NCBI GenBank assembly: GCA_038227995.1
Contig: JBBRPP010000002.1
Coordinates: 159,416 to 223,415 of the forward strand
DNA: 64,000 nucleotides
Origin: Acidimicrobiales bacterium
GTDB lineage: Bacteria; Actinomycetota; Acidimicrobiia; Acidimicrobiales; Ilumatobacteraceae
Direction: 5' to 3'
A model generated the notes under the pieces. That model did not search any database, was not told where the DNA came from, and saw only the letters and a program-made list of their open reading frames with translations. A program made the translations under genes and the position numbers. This document shows, piece after piece, positions 39,751 to 49,873 of the stretch. How positions within the stretch are numbered: position 1 is the first letter of the stretch; every line of letters starts with the position of its first letter.

Positions 39751-42700
39751 TCAGCCGGACGGGTACGCCGCGCAGGTTGCGTGGTACGGCTCTCCGTCCG
39801 GCATGTAGCGAAGCCATTCGGCATGCGTCAGGTTGCGGCCAGCTCGGCTGCACGCCAGTGAGGGCCAGCTCGCAAAGTCGAAATTCCACCGCTGCATGCC
39901 ATGCCCTTCGGGCACGACGAGGAACCGGGCGTTCAGATCCCATGTCGCGGTGAAGACGTCGTCGTCGGCCGAGCTCACGCCCGTCGGCCCGACTGCTGCG
40001 ACAACCGGATCACCGATCGGAGCGTGCGTGGTGACGTCCCACCATTGCAGCGTGCCGCCGCTCGTCTTGCTGAGCAGCTCGGCACCGTCAGTGGAGAACG
40101 ACAGTGCGTCGACGACTCCGACCGAACCGGAGAAGACATTCTCGGACACCCCACCCGTCCCCAGGTCGACCACGCTGATACGACCGCTCGAATCACCGAA
40201 GACGACCTCTCGGTCGTCAGGGGCGACTGCGGCGGCGGTGACCCGAGAACCGACTCCGGGCACCGTCAGGGTGAGCCGGACCGACAATCCCGAACCGTCA
40301 CGGCCAAGCACATCGAGATGCCCGAACCCGCCCACCGAACCGGACCGCACGATCAGCGTGCCGTCGTTGCTGACGACGATCTGCGCATGATCGATCGGCC
40401 CAAGCGCGATCGGCTCGCCGATCGGCGTCATCGACGACGAGTCGTAGCCGGTCAGCGACTTCGAGTCGGCTGCGAGCGCGGCGATCACGTTCAGCCGGAG
40501 GTCGACGCTGTAGGTGCCGTTCACGACAGCGCGTTTCGTGGCATCGATGGGTACGCCGTCGGGGCCTGCCATCACGAGAGAGTTGTCGGAAACGTCGAGG
40601 ACCAGCAAATGCCCTCCGTCGGCGCTGTAGATCTGGGGAATGAGCGTTGAGCCCGAGGCCGCAGGCGTGACGTCACCGGTGGCGAGATCGTAGGTACGGA
40701 TGCCACTTCGCCCGGCCGTATGGATCCGCTCGCCATCGGGACGGACGACGAACGGCGACTCGTCGCTGGTGCCGAAGGGTGCACGTGCGAGGGGCTCTCG
40801 CCCGTCCAGCGCCAACTCGGTGAAATGATCGCCCGAACTGACGAAGAACGACGTGCGGTCGGGCGAGAAGAACCCGCCGGTTGCGCCGACCACGTCGGTG
40901 CGTAGCACTTCGGTGACAGCCGGCGGGGTTTGCAGGCCGTAGATGACCACCTGTCCCGTTGCGTCGACCGCCCCCATCCGCCGCCCGTCACGGCTGAACG
41001 ACGCCTGCGTCAGGACGGCACGCTGGGCCGGCATGTCGATCACGGTCGGCGAGCCCTCGGCTGGCACGAAGATCAGCCCGACGCCGACGTCGGTGCCGAC
41101 GCCGAGCCATGCCCCGTCGTACGAGAAGCTTGCATCCACGGCACCGCTGGGAGGCGTGACGACGCCGAGGGGTGCCGTCGTCGTGAAGGTACTGGTACCG
41201 GTCGTGGGGTCGAAAATGCCGACACCGAGCCCCACAGCCCGGTCAGCCGCATCGGGCGCCAACGCCTTCGTGACGGCCACCAGCCCTCGGGCGGAATCGA
41301 CCGCGGCAACACCGACGTCGTCGGTAGCAAAGCTCCTCACGGTGCTTCCCGAGCGAGCATCGACCAGGCGAGCTTCGTGGACGGCCGGCGGGCTCAGCAC
41401 CAGGTGCGTATCGTCGACCCAGGCCATTCCAGGCGCCGTCGGTGTCGCGGCTGCTTCGCGGGCGAAATTTCCGATTCGTTGGCCGTCACCGACTCGGTAC
41501 GTCTCGATCGAGTGAGTCGTGGCGACGGCGATCTCGGCACCGTCGGCCGACAGCGCTGTCGCTTGCTGATCCTCGACGGTGAGGGTCTGGACCGGATTCA
41601 GCGAGGTCGTGTCGACGACGACGAGGCGGTTGCCGTCCGCGATCAATGCTTTCGATCCGTCTGCCGATGTCGACATCAGAACGGACGTGCTGGTGAGGTA
41701 GGCCGGATAGATCACTCGGGCGACGGACGGTTGGGTTCGCAGCACCGTCTCCAGCGCGCCGAGGGTGTCACCATCGGGTTGGAGCCGATGGGCCTCGACT
41801 GCGAGCAGCGCCGCGACGTCGACCGAGGACCGCCCGACGTCTCGGGCGGTGCTGGCCACCAACGCGATCTGCGCCTGACGCCGTTGCCGATCAGCGACGG
41901 TCCTGGCCGCGTTCGCGGAGCGCTGCAACGCGATCGCCGCAACCGTCGCGGCTGCCGCAACCGCGAGCGCCAGCAGAGCACCGACCAATTGTCGTCGCAG
42001 CCGACGATTCGTGCGCTGCAGTGAAGCCTGCTCGTTCGTGCGTAGACGTGCACCGGCCTCGAGGAAGTCATGTTCGAGTGGCGTCAACGGATAGCCGGAT
42101 TCGGCCAGCCGTTCGGCCGCGTCCAACCGCACACCTCGATACAGATCGTGATCGGACCGCGCTCCGTCGACCCATTCACGCGCCGCCTGGCTCAGATGGG
42201 CGCGGGCTCGGAGGTCTTCGCGACCATCATCGATCCACGTCGCGAGACGGGGCCACTCCGTCAGCAGGGCTTCATGGGCTAGATCCACGCGGTCATCGCT
42301 GACGACGACGAGCCGCGCCGAGACGAGGGTCTCCAAGACCTTCCCGACATCAGACCCGAAGGTCGGCTGGAGATCACGACGGTCCATGGGACGACGCGTC
42401 GGCGGACGATCGTCGGCGGGTTCGACCATGCGCAGAAAAAGGTCACGCGCGCACCGTTGGCCGGCTTCGTCGAGCCGACCGGAATAGACGCTCTCGGCCG
42501 TCCGCGCGATGGATCCACTGACCCCGCCGGCCTCGTGGTAGTCGAAGAGCACGATGTGGTCGGCACTGCGCCGCCGCCATGTCTCGAACATCGTGTGTGA
42601 GAGCAGCGGCAGCGGCTGCGCTTCATCAGCGAGGTCCTCGAGGATGACGTTCGTGACCGCCGGATCGAGTACCAGCCGGGCTGCCCGGGCTGGTTGCTCG

Positions 42701-44676
42701 ATGATCGCCCGCAACTCTTCGTCGGACATCCGACCCACCAACGTCGTTGCCGAGCCGAGTCGTGCGGCCAAGATCGGGTGCTCGGCACACGATCCGAAGA
42801 AGTCGCTGCGGAGCCCGATCGCCAACCACTCGATCCCACCGAAGTCGAGCGCGGCGAAGAGATCGTCGAACACCTGACGCCGGCCGCGTTCGTCCCAGAG
42901 CGTGAAGAACTCCTCGAACTGGTCGACGATCAGTCCGGCGTGGCGGTCTGTGCCGGCGAGCAGGTCGGCGAACGTCGAGCGTTCGCTGGGGGTCGTCACG
43001 GTGACCTGCCGCCCACTCGCTCCCACATGATTGATCACACCGGCGCGCAACAGCGACGACTTGCCGCTTCCCGATGAGCCAACGACCGCAGCGAAACGTC
43101 GTTGCGTCAGTTGTTCGACGACATCGAGCACCAGGCCGTCGCGGCCGAAGAACACCCCGCTGTCCGCCGGTCCGTGCGACACCAGACCCTTGTACGGAAC
43201 TGATGCGCTCAAGGCCCGCGCCGAAAAACGGTCGTCCGCGACTCCCCCGCCATCCTTGCCATCCTTGCCATCCTCGCCATCCTCGCCGCCCTCGCCGTCG
43301 GTCTGGTTGGCCGCCAGCAAGAGGTTCGAGACCGCGCCGACGACGTCGCCGGCCAGCGACCCGACGGAAGCCGTAATCACCTCTGAACGTCCGCGGGGCA
43401 CCGCAGCCTCGACGATCGAATCGATCGAATCGATCAGGGCAGACACATCGGCATCGCCCAGCGAACCCAACACGATCTCCGGCGCGCCCACGACGCGCAG
43501 CTGTGCGAGCACGCGGCGCAGCACCTCGCTCTCGCCGCCGTCCATGGTGCGGCACGTGAGAGCGAGCATCACCCCCGGGACGCGCACCGTCGTCGACAAC
43601 GCTGCGATGACATCGAGGGTTTGGGCATCGAGCCATTGCAGTTCTTCGATGACGAACAGCACCGGCGCGGCCGCGCGGATGATGCGGAGCGCCGCTTCGA
43701 TCGTCACGACGATCTCACGCGTTCCCGCGCCGGTGATGGCTGGCGAAGGCGTGCGCCCAAGCCTGACATCGAGTGCGGGAACGAGCGCGGCCAGTCCCTG
43801 CACCGTGTCCAACTGTTCGACGATCTCCTGAGGCGCCCACAGGACGAATCGCCGCAGCGCCTCGACGAAAACCTCGAACGGTGACGACCGTCGACGCGCG
43901 CTGCCGTACAACACAACGGCACCCTGTCCGAGTGCGATACCCGCGACCTCGGCCACGTGACGAGTCCGACCGGACCGCGGAGGTCCAGAAGTCAGGACGA
44001 TGGCGGACGCGCCACCCTTCGCCGCAGTCCATGAATCGAGTGCGACACCGAGCGACGAGGCGCCCCCGACGAACGCCGGCTGACCGCTGATGTCGAGACC
44101 GGGTGGCAACGGCGCGAAACCTGCGCCGTCGACCGCCGGAAGCCAGGGCACCTCGGAGCACTCCACCGGATCGGGAAAGCCTTTCATCGCCAACGCGCCG
44201 ACGGAGCGCGCCATCAACATCGTGCGTCGTGCCTCGCCCAAGCTGTGATCAGTGATCAAGATCTGGCCGGACGCAGCCAGCCCACACAATCGCGCGGCCT
44301 CGACCACCGGTGTCCCGAACCAGTCGCCGTTCTCGGCCGTCACTTCTCCGGCGGAGATCCCGACGCGGATCGCCAACGCAGGTCCGTCGGCGGCCGCTGC
44401 CAGCCGAGCGACGGCGCGGTTCATCGCGATCGCGCAGCGAACGGCATCTTCCGCCGACGCCTGGAATGCGACCATCAACCCGTCGCCCTGCGACTTGACC
44501 TTTCGGCCGCGATGACTCCACAGGGGTTGACGCAAGGACTCGAACAAATCGCGCCGCAACTCATCGTTGGCGGCCTCACCGATACGAGACAGCAGTGCGG
44601 TCGATCCGACGAGATCGCAGAACAACAGCGCTACCCCATGGACGCGCTCGCCAGGACTCACGCGATGCCATCCCAC
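39751..44676 (-). CDS. Multidomain signalling protein: class III adenylyl/guanylyl cyclase, AAA_16 ATPase (degenerate P-loop), nSTAND-type NTPase, helical linker, single TM, and a beta-propeller (TolB/PD40-like repeats).
   Basis: Cyclase LLFCDLVGSTALL, KSQGDGLMVAF, RVGISAGEV. AAA_16 GPPRSGRT with LFVIEELQWLD. Second NTPase VVGSSGSGKSSLLRAG with Walker B LIVDQFEEFF. TM LVGALLALAVAAAATVAAIAL. Then ~700 aa of repeated strand-rich units. GTG start at 44676. Confidence 0.85.
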   Translation of the reverse strand: MGWHRVSPGERVHGVALLFCDLVGSTALLSRIGEAANDELRRDLFESLRQPLWSHRGRKVKSQGDGLMVAFQASAEDAVRCAIAMNRAVARLAAAADGPALAIRVGISAGEVTAENGDWFGTPVVEAARLCGLAASGQILITDHSLGEARRTMLMARSVGALAMKGFPDPVECSEVPWLPAVDGAGFAPLPPGLDISGQPAFVGGASSLGVALDSWTAAKGGASAIVLTSGPPRSGRTRHVAEVAGIALGQGAVVLYGSARRRSSPFEVFVEALRRFVLWAPQEIVEQLDTVQGLAALVPALDVRLGRTPSPAITGAGTREIVVTIEAALRIIRAAAPVLFVIEELQWLDAQTLDVIAALSTTVRVPGVMLALTCRTMDGGESEVLRRVLAQLRVVGAPEIVLGSLGDADVSALIDSIDSIVEAAVPRGRSEVITASVGSLAGDVVGAVSNLLLAANQTDGEGGEDGEDGKDGKDGGGVADDRFSARALSASVPYKGLVSHGPADSGVFFGRDGLVLDVVEQLTQRRFAAVVGSSGSGKSSLLRAGVINHVGASGRQVTVTTPSERSTFADLLAGTDRHAGLIVDQFEEFFTLWDERGRRQVFDDLFAALDFGGIEWLAIGLRSDFFGSCAEHPILAARLGSATTLVGRMSDEELRAIIEQPARAARLVLDPAVTNVILEDLADEAQPLPLLSHTMFETWRRRSADHIVLFDYHEAGGVSGSIARTAESVYSGRLDEAGQRCARDLFLRMVEPADDRPPTRRPMDRRDLQPTFGSDVGKVLETLVSARLVVVSDDRVDLAHEALLTEWPRLATWIDDGREDLRARAHLSQAAREWVDGARSDHDLYRGVRLDAAERLAESGYPLTPLEHDFLEAGARLRTNEQASLQRTNRRLRRQLVGALLALAVAAAATVAAIALQRSANAARTVADRQRRQAQIALVASTARDVGRSSVDVAALLAVEAHRLQPDGDTLGALETVLRTQPSVARVIYPAYLTSTSVLMSTSADGSKALIADGNRLVVVDTTSLNPVQTLTVEDQQATALSADGAEIAVATTHSIETYRVGDGQRIGNFAREAAATPTAPGMAWVDDTHLVLSPPAVHEARLVDARSGSTVRSFATDDVGVAAVDSARGLVAVTKALAPDAADRAVGLGVGIFDPTTGTSTFTTTAPLGVVTPPSGAVDASFSYDGAWLGVGTDVGVGLIFVPAEGSPTVIDMPAQRAVLTQASFSRDGRRMGAVDATGQVVIYGLQTPPAVTEVLRTDVVGATGGFFSPDRTSFFVSSGDHFTELALDGREPLARAPFGTSDESPFVVRPDGERIHTAGRSGIRTYDLATGDVTPAASGSTLIPQIYSADGGHLLVLDVSDNSLVMAGPDGVPIDATKRAVVNGTYSVDLRLNVIAALAADSKSLTGYDSSSMTPIGEPIALGPIDHAQIVVSNDGTLIVRSGSVGGFGHLDVLGRDGSGLSVRLTLTVPGVGSRVTAAAVAPDDREVVFGDSSGRISVVDLGTGGVSENVFSGSVGVVDALSFSTDGAELLSKTSGGTLQWWDVTTHAPIGDPVVAAVGPTGVSSADDDVFTATWDLNARFLVVPEGHGMQRWNFDFASWPSLACSRAGRNLTHAEWLRYMPDGEPYHATCAAYPSG

Positions 44677-44766
44677 GTCACGAGGCTCATCTCAGCACAC
44701 TACGGCCCCTCGAATTTGTGCTGTTGCGCACATTCGGGGAGTGCTGCGCGACGAAGCCCCTTGCGA

Positions 44767-46776
44767 TCAGATGGTCAGCCCGAGTGCTCGACCCTCGTGA
44801 ATCGCAAGGCTCGCTCGTCGCGGTGCGACGCAATCACCGATCGCGTGGTGAACGATGCCCGCCGCCGCCAATGCATCGCTGACAGCTGTCTCCGCTCGCG
44901 CCGTCTCGGCGATGACCAGCCAATCGTACGTCTCGGTGGTGACAGCACCCGTCAGACCCGACGCGAACGTCACAACGCCGTCGTGCCACGCCTCGATCAC
45001 GGTGTAGGCGCGCATCTCACCGCCGGCCATCGCGAAACGCTTGCGGGCCGGCACATCGGCGGCGCTGTGGAACAGCCCGCCGGCGACCGTCGCGGCTGAG
45101 GTCACGATCGTCACCGCGCACCCGCGTTCTTGCAGGAACATCGCCGTCCCGATCCCGCGCCAGTCGCCGAGATCGTCGAGCACCAGGACCCGCCCGCTCG
45201 GCACGACCGAGCCGTCGAGCACGTCGTGGATCGCGGCAACGCGGTCAATGCCTCCGGTCTCGATGCCGGCAAGGCGATCGGCCATCGGCCGCGCCCGCTG
45301 GAATCCGGTGCGCGGCGGGAGAGCACCCGTCGCGGCGACCACGATGTCAGCGCCACGGGCGACGATGTCGGCAGAATCGAGCCGAGTGTTCAACTGCACG
45401 TCGACGCCGAGCCGTGCCAGCTGACGTCCGTACCAATCGAGGTGGTCGAGGATCTGGGTCCGGCTCGGTTGCGCACCCGCCAGGCGATACTGCCCGCCGA
45501 TAGCGCGACTCGCCTCGACCAGCGTCACCTGATGGCCACGTTCCGCTGCCACGCGCGCCGTTTCCAGTCCGGCGGGTCCGGCGCCAACCACGAGGACGTG
45601 CTTCGGTGCAGCGGTGGGAGTGAATCGATCGCCACCCCACATGAACTCGCGTCCGGCCGAAGGGTTGATCACGCACGAGATGAAGTAGTCCTTCGATCGC
45701 CGACCCCAACACATCTGGTTGCACGAGATGCACGGCCTGACGTCGTCACCACGACCGGCTCGCGCCTTGTTGACGAGATGCGGGTCGGCGATCTGGCCAC
45801 GCACGATCGACACCATGTCGGCGTGCCCAGCGGCAAGCACTGCCTCGGCGTTGGCCGGCGTCCGCATGTGACTCTCGGCCTGCACCAACGCGTGCTTGGT
45901 CACGTCCTTCAGCGCCGCCGCGAACGGCTCGCCCAAACGCTGCGGGTAGAGCGAGGTCGGCATCAGCTTGTAGAAGTCGAAGTAGCTGCCCGTGCCGCAG
46001 GTGACGTAGTCCATCAGCGCCCGCTCGTCATGCCACGCGATCACTTCCTGCATCGCCTCGGTCGACAGCGACGGATCGGATTCCGGGTCGATGTTCACGG
46101 CCAGCCCAATGACGAACTCGTCGCCGCACGCGGCGCGAATGCCCTCGAGCAGCATCGACGAGAACCGCATCCGGTTCTCGAACGTGCCGCCCCATCGGTC
46201 CGTGCGACGGTTCGACCATGGCGTCCAGAACTGGTCGATCACTGCGTGATAGGCGGCGAACAGCTCGACACCGTCGAAGCCCGAGGCCTTGGCCCGCGAT
46301 GCCGCGCGTACGAACGAATCAATGAGTTCGACGATCTCCGTGTCCGACATCGCGTGGCTGCCATCCGCATCGTGGTAGGACGGCAGACCAGACGGTGACC
46401 AGTTCGGCGCGAACGAGTTGTCGGCATCGCCGTGTTGTCCGACGTGGTAGAGCTGATGCATCAGCACGACGTCGGGGCCGGCCTCACGGCAAACCTCGGT
46501 GAGACGACGGAAGCCGGGGATGACCGAATCGTCGTCCGGGCGGAAGTTGCCGCGTGTCAGCACGCCGGTCGGATGCACCGGCATCGGCTCGACCACCACC
46601 ATCCCCGCTCCACCGAGCACGCGCTCGCGGTAGTAGCCGACGTGGCGATCGGAAACGAGCCCGTCTTCGGCCATGTTCGCGGTGTGGGCCCCGAAGTTGA
46701 TCCTGCTCCGCAGCGCATGACCCCGCAGCTGCAGCGGACTGAACACGTTCGGGTAGGGGTTGTTCGAATCGCTCAT
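44767..46776 (-). CDS. Old-Yellow-Enzyme-type NADH:flavin oxidoreductase fused to an FAD/NAD(P)-binding domain (2,4-dienoyl-CoA reductase-like).
   Basis: OYE TIM-barrel N-terminus (FSPLQLRGHALRSRINFGAHTANMAEDG). C-terminal 4Cys region (CISCNQMCWGRRSKDYFISCVINPSAG) then Rossmann VVGAGPAGLE. ATG 46776 with GAGGAG 5 nt upstream. Confidence 0.85.
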   Translation of the reverse strand: MSDSNNPYPNVFSPLQLRGHALRSRINFGAHTANMAEDGLVSDRHVGYYRERVLGGAGMVVVEPMPVHPTGVLTRGNFRPDDDSVIPGFRRLTEVCREAGPDVVLMHQLYHVGQHGDADNSFAPNWSPSGLPSYHDADGSHAMSDTEIVELIDSFVRAASRAKASGFDGVELFAAYHAVIDQFWTPWSNRRTDRWGGTFENRMRFSSMLLEGIRAACGDEFVIGLAVNIDPESDPSLSTEAMQEVIAWHDERALMDYVTCGTGSYFDFYKLMPTSLYPQRLGEPFAAALKDVTKHALVQAESHMRTPANAEAVLAAGHADMVSIVRGQIADPHLVNKARAGRGDDVRPCISCNQMCWGRRSKDYFISCVINPSAGREFMWGGDRFTPTAAPKHVLVVGAGPAGLETARVAAERGHQVTLVEASRAIGGQYRLAGAQPSRTQILDHLDWYGRQLARLGVDVQLNTRLDSADIVARGADIVVAATGALPPRTGFQRARPMADRLAGIETGGIDRVAAIHDVLDGSVVPSGRVLVLDDLGDWRGIGTAMFLQERGCAVTIVTSAATVAGGLFHSAADVPARKRFAMAGGEMRAYTVIEAWHDGVVTFASGLTGAVTTETYDWLVIAETARAETAVSDALAAAGIVHHAIGDCVAPRRASLAIHEGRALGLTI

Positions 46777-46834
46777 CTGGCTCCTCACAACGGCCTGCGC
46801 GCTGACCCGGAAGCTATGGCAAACTTCGACGCGC

Positions 46835-49800
46835 ATGCAACAGGATCCGACGATCGCGGCGACGCTTCTGCGTGAACAGTGGGGCATCGAGGGAACCATC
46901 GAGCCATTGCCCGGTGAGCTCGACGCCAACTTCAGCGTGATCGCGACATCAGGCGAACGTTTCCTGTTCAAGATTCACGCCGCACATCTGGACCCGGAAG
47001 AGATCGACCTGCAGGCTGCCGTGCTCGGCCATCTGGCCACAGTGGCCGACGACCTGCGCGTCCAGCGGATCGTTCCCGCCCGAGACGGCACGCTGCTGCC
47101 GGTCGTCACCGTGACCGAAGGCGACGCCCGACGCGCCCGGCTGACGACGTGGCTCGACGGTCGCACGTGGGCAGCGGCCATCTCGACGTCGCGCGACCAA
47201 CGAGCGCTGTCGGCCGCATCGCTGGGCGGCCTCCTCGCCCGGCTCGACCATCGGCTGGGCGGCTTTCATCATCCCGCTGCCAAGCGCTTCCATCTGTGGG
47301 ACCTCGCCGTCGCGGCCGATCACCTGCAGCGCGTCGATCTCGTCGATGACGCCGCCAAACGGGACGCCGTGACGACCGTGCTGGAACGGTTCCGCGATGA
47401 CGTCGCGCCGCGGATGGCCGACCAGCCGCGGCAGGTCATCCACAACGATGCCAACGACTACAACATCCTGCTCGGACCCGACCACACGGTCAGCGGGCTG
47501 ATCGACTTCGGCGACACGGTCGAATCTTGGCGCATCAACGAGCTCGCGATCGCGTGCGCGTACGCGATGATCGGCGCCGCCGATCCGCTCGGCGCGATCA
47601 TGCCGATGGTCGCGGCATATCACGACGAGACGCCACTGACCGAGACCGAGGCCGAGGTGCTGTTCGACCTGATCCTCGCTCGCTTCGCCGTCAGCATCTG
47701 CATGGCCGCCAAGCAGATTCGCGAGCAACCGACCAACACCTATCTTCTGATCAGCCAGTCCGACGTGTGGGACCGCCTCCGGCGGTTGCTGACCGAGAAC
47801 CGCCGAATCGCGATCCTGCGGTTTCGGGCCGCGTGTCGCTTCGAGGCCGTACCGTCCCGGCCGGCGATCGAACGCTGGCTGGAGGCCAACGGGCACACGT
47901 TCCAGCCGGTCCTGCGCCGCGACCTCTCGCCACAGCGACTGCGCGTGCTCGACATCACGCCGGCCGCGCTCGGTGCAGACGCGGCGAACCTCGACGCGTT
48001 GTACAGCGACGACCAACTGGCCGACGTCGTGCCCGTCGGTCGCTACGGCGAAGACCGGGCGGTCTACCAGACCCCTGCGTTCGCGACCGCCGATCCCGAC
48101 GAACGTCGCACGATCCACATCGGCATCGATCTGTTCGCGCCGGCGGGTGTCGAGGTCGTTTCCCCCCTCGACGGGGTCGTGGCCGAGATCGGCAACGATC
48201 CCGTGCCGCTCGGCTTCGGCGGCATCCTGCTGCTCGCCCACGAGACCGATGACGGCACGCCCTTCTGGACGTTGTACGGCCATCTCTCGCCAGCGAGTCT
48301 GCAAGCCCTCTCGCCGGGACAGCGTGTCTCGGCCGGACAAACGGTGGCGCGTCTCGGACGGCCGGACGAGAACGGCAACTGGCCACCGCACCTCCACTTC
48401 CAGGTCATGACCGACCTGTGCGACTGGACGGCGAACGAGATCATCGGCGTCGTCGCCCGCAGCCAATGGGACGTGTGGCGCAGCGTCTTCCCGAACCCGA
48501 ACCTCATCCTCGGACTCCGCGCCGACTGCAGCATCATCGTCGCCCGCGATGCAGCATGGCTCGAGCGTGAACGGCGACACGTGCTCGGACGTTCGTTGAG
48601 CCTCGCTTACGCCGAACCGCTCAAGATCGTCGCCGCGACGGGCATCCACCTCGTCGACGACCGCGGCAACCGCTACCTCGACATGGTCAACAACGTCTGT
48701 CACGTCGGCCACTGCCACCCGCGTGTGGTCCGCGCCGGCCAGCAGCAGATGGGCATCCTCAACACGAATTCGCGCTACCTGCACGACAACCTGGTCGAGT
48801 ACTCGCGCCGGCTGACCGCCACGCTGCCCGGCGAACTGAGCGTCGTCTTCATGGTGAACTCCGGCAGCGAAGCGAACGATCTCGCGTTGCGTCTGGCGCG
48901 CGCCTACACCGGCAACCGCGACGTGATCACCGTCGATCACGTCTACCACGGCAACCTCACGTCGATCGTCGACGTCAGTCCGTACAAGTTCGCCGGCCCC
49001 GGTGGCGCCGGGAAACCGGATCACGTGTGGATCGCGGAGATGCCCGATCTCTACCGCGGCCGGCTCCGCGCGGGTGACGCGACCGCCGGTGTGGGGTACG
49101 CATCCAGCGTCCAGGCGCGGATCGACGAGATGGCGGCAATCGGTCGACGCCCGGCCGCGTTCTACAGCGAAGGCATCCTCGGCACCGGCGGCATGCTGAC
49201 GTTGCCAGACGGCTATCTCGACGCCGCATACCATCACGTGCGCGCCGCCGGCGGCGTGTGCGTGGCCGACGAAGTCCAGGTCGGGTTCGGGCGCGTCGGA
49301 TCACACATGTGGGCGTTCGAGACACAGGGCGTCGTGCCCGACATCGTCACGATGGGCAAGCCGATCGGCAATGGTCATCCGATGGCGGCAGTCGTCACCC
49401 GCCCCGAGATCGCCGCTGCGTTCGCGAACGGGATGGAGTACTTCAGCACGTTCGGCGGCAACCCGGTGTCGGCCGCGATCGGCCTTGCCGTCCTCGACGT
49501 CATCCGCGAGGAACGTCTGATGCACAACGCCGCGACCGTCGGCGAGCAGATGATGCGCGGTCTGCGCTCGCTGGCCGAACGCCACCCGATCATCGGCGAC
49601 GTACGCGGACACGGACTCTTCGTCGGCGTCGAAATGGTCCGCGATCGGTCGACCCAGGAGCCGGCCGCGACCGAGCTGACCGCCGTCATCGAAGCGATGA
49701 AGGCCCGGCGGATCCTGCTCAGCACCGAGGGTCCGCATCACAACGTCCTCAAGATCAAGCCGCCGATCGTGTTCTCGGCCGAGAACTGCGACGAGTTCCT

Positions 49801-49873
49801 CGACGCGCTCGATCAGGTGTTGCCGGATCAGGGGTTGGCTGACGCGGCCACGATCGCACGGGCCGCGCTCTGA
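46835..49873 (+). CDS. Tri-domain fusion: APH/hydroxylysine-kinase-like phosphotransferase, M23 (LytM-like) domain and class-III PLP aminotransferase / phospho-lyase-like domain.
   Basis: Kinase VIHNDANDYNILLGP...LIDFGDT. M23 IHIGIDLF...TLYGHLS...GQTVARLGRP...NWPPHLHFQV. AT-III domain with PLP Lys in VTMGKPIGNGHP. ATG at 46835. Confidence 0.85.
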   Translation: MQQDPTIAATLLREQWGIEGTIEPLPGELDANFSVIATSGERFLFKIHAAHLDPEEIDLQAAVLGHLATVADDLRVQRIVPARDGTLLPVVTVTEGDARRARLTTWLDGRTWAAAISTSRDQRALSAASLGGLLARLDHRLGGFHHPAAKRFHLWDLAVAADHLQRVDLVDDAAKRDAVTTVLERFRDDVAPRMADQPRQVIHNDANDYNILLGPDHTVSGLIDFGDTVESWRINELAIACAYAMIGAADPLGAIMPMVAAYHDETPLTETEAEVLFDLILARFAVSICMAAKQIREQPTNTYLLISQSDVWDRLRRLLTENRRIAILRFRAACRFEAVPSRPAIERWLEANGHTFQPVLRRDLSPQRLRVLDITPAALGADAANLDALYSDDQLADVVPVGRYGEDRAVYQTPAFATADPDERRTIHIGIDLFAPAGVEVVSPLDGVVAEIGNDPVPLGFGGILLLAHETDDGTPFWTLYGHLSPASLQALSPGQRVSAGQTVARLGRPDENGNWPPHLHFQVMTDLCDWTANEIIGVVARSQWDVWRSVFPNPNLILGLRADCSIIVARDAAWLERERRHVLGRSLSLAYAEPLKIVAATGIHLVDDRGNRYLDMVNNVCHVGHCHPRVVRAGQQQMGILNTNSRYLHDNLVEYSRRLTATLPGELSVVFMVNSGSEANDLALRLARAYTGNRDVITVDHVYHGNLTSIVDVSPYKFAGPGGAGKPDHVWIAEMPDLYRGRLRAGDATAGVGYASSVQARIDEMAAIGRRPAAFYSEGILGTGGMLTLPDGYLDAAYHHVRAAGGVCVADEVQVGFGRVGSHMWAFETQGVVPDIVTMGKPIGNGHPMAAVVTRPEIAAAFANGMEYFSTFGGNPVSAAIGLAVLDVIREERLMHNAATVGEQMMRGLRSLAERHPIIGDVRGHGLFVGVEMVRDRSTQEPAATELTAVIEAMKARRILLSTEGPHHNVLKIKPPIVFSAENCDEFLDALDQVLPDQGLADAATIARAAL

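Noticed and set aside
39901-43831. Multiple 250-365-aa ORFs inside the giant cyclase-STAND gene (39901..40650, 40930..42024, 42626..43636, 43031..43831)
   Set aside because: Alternate or antisense frames of a gene whose own frame shows consecutive recognisable domains.
46949-49237. 762-aa minus ORF
   Set aside because: Antisense to the kinase-M23-aminotransferase fusion. Arg/Val/Asp-rich.
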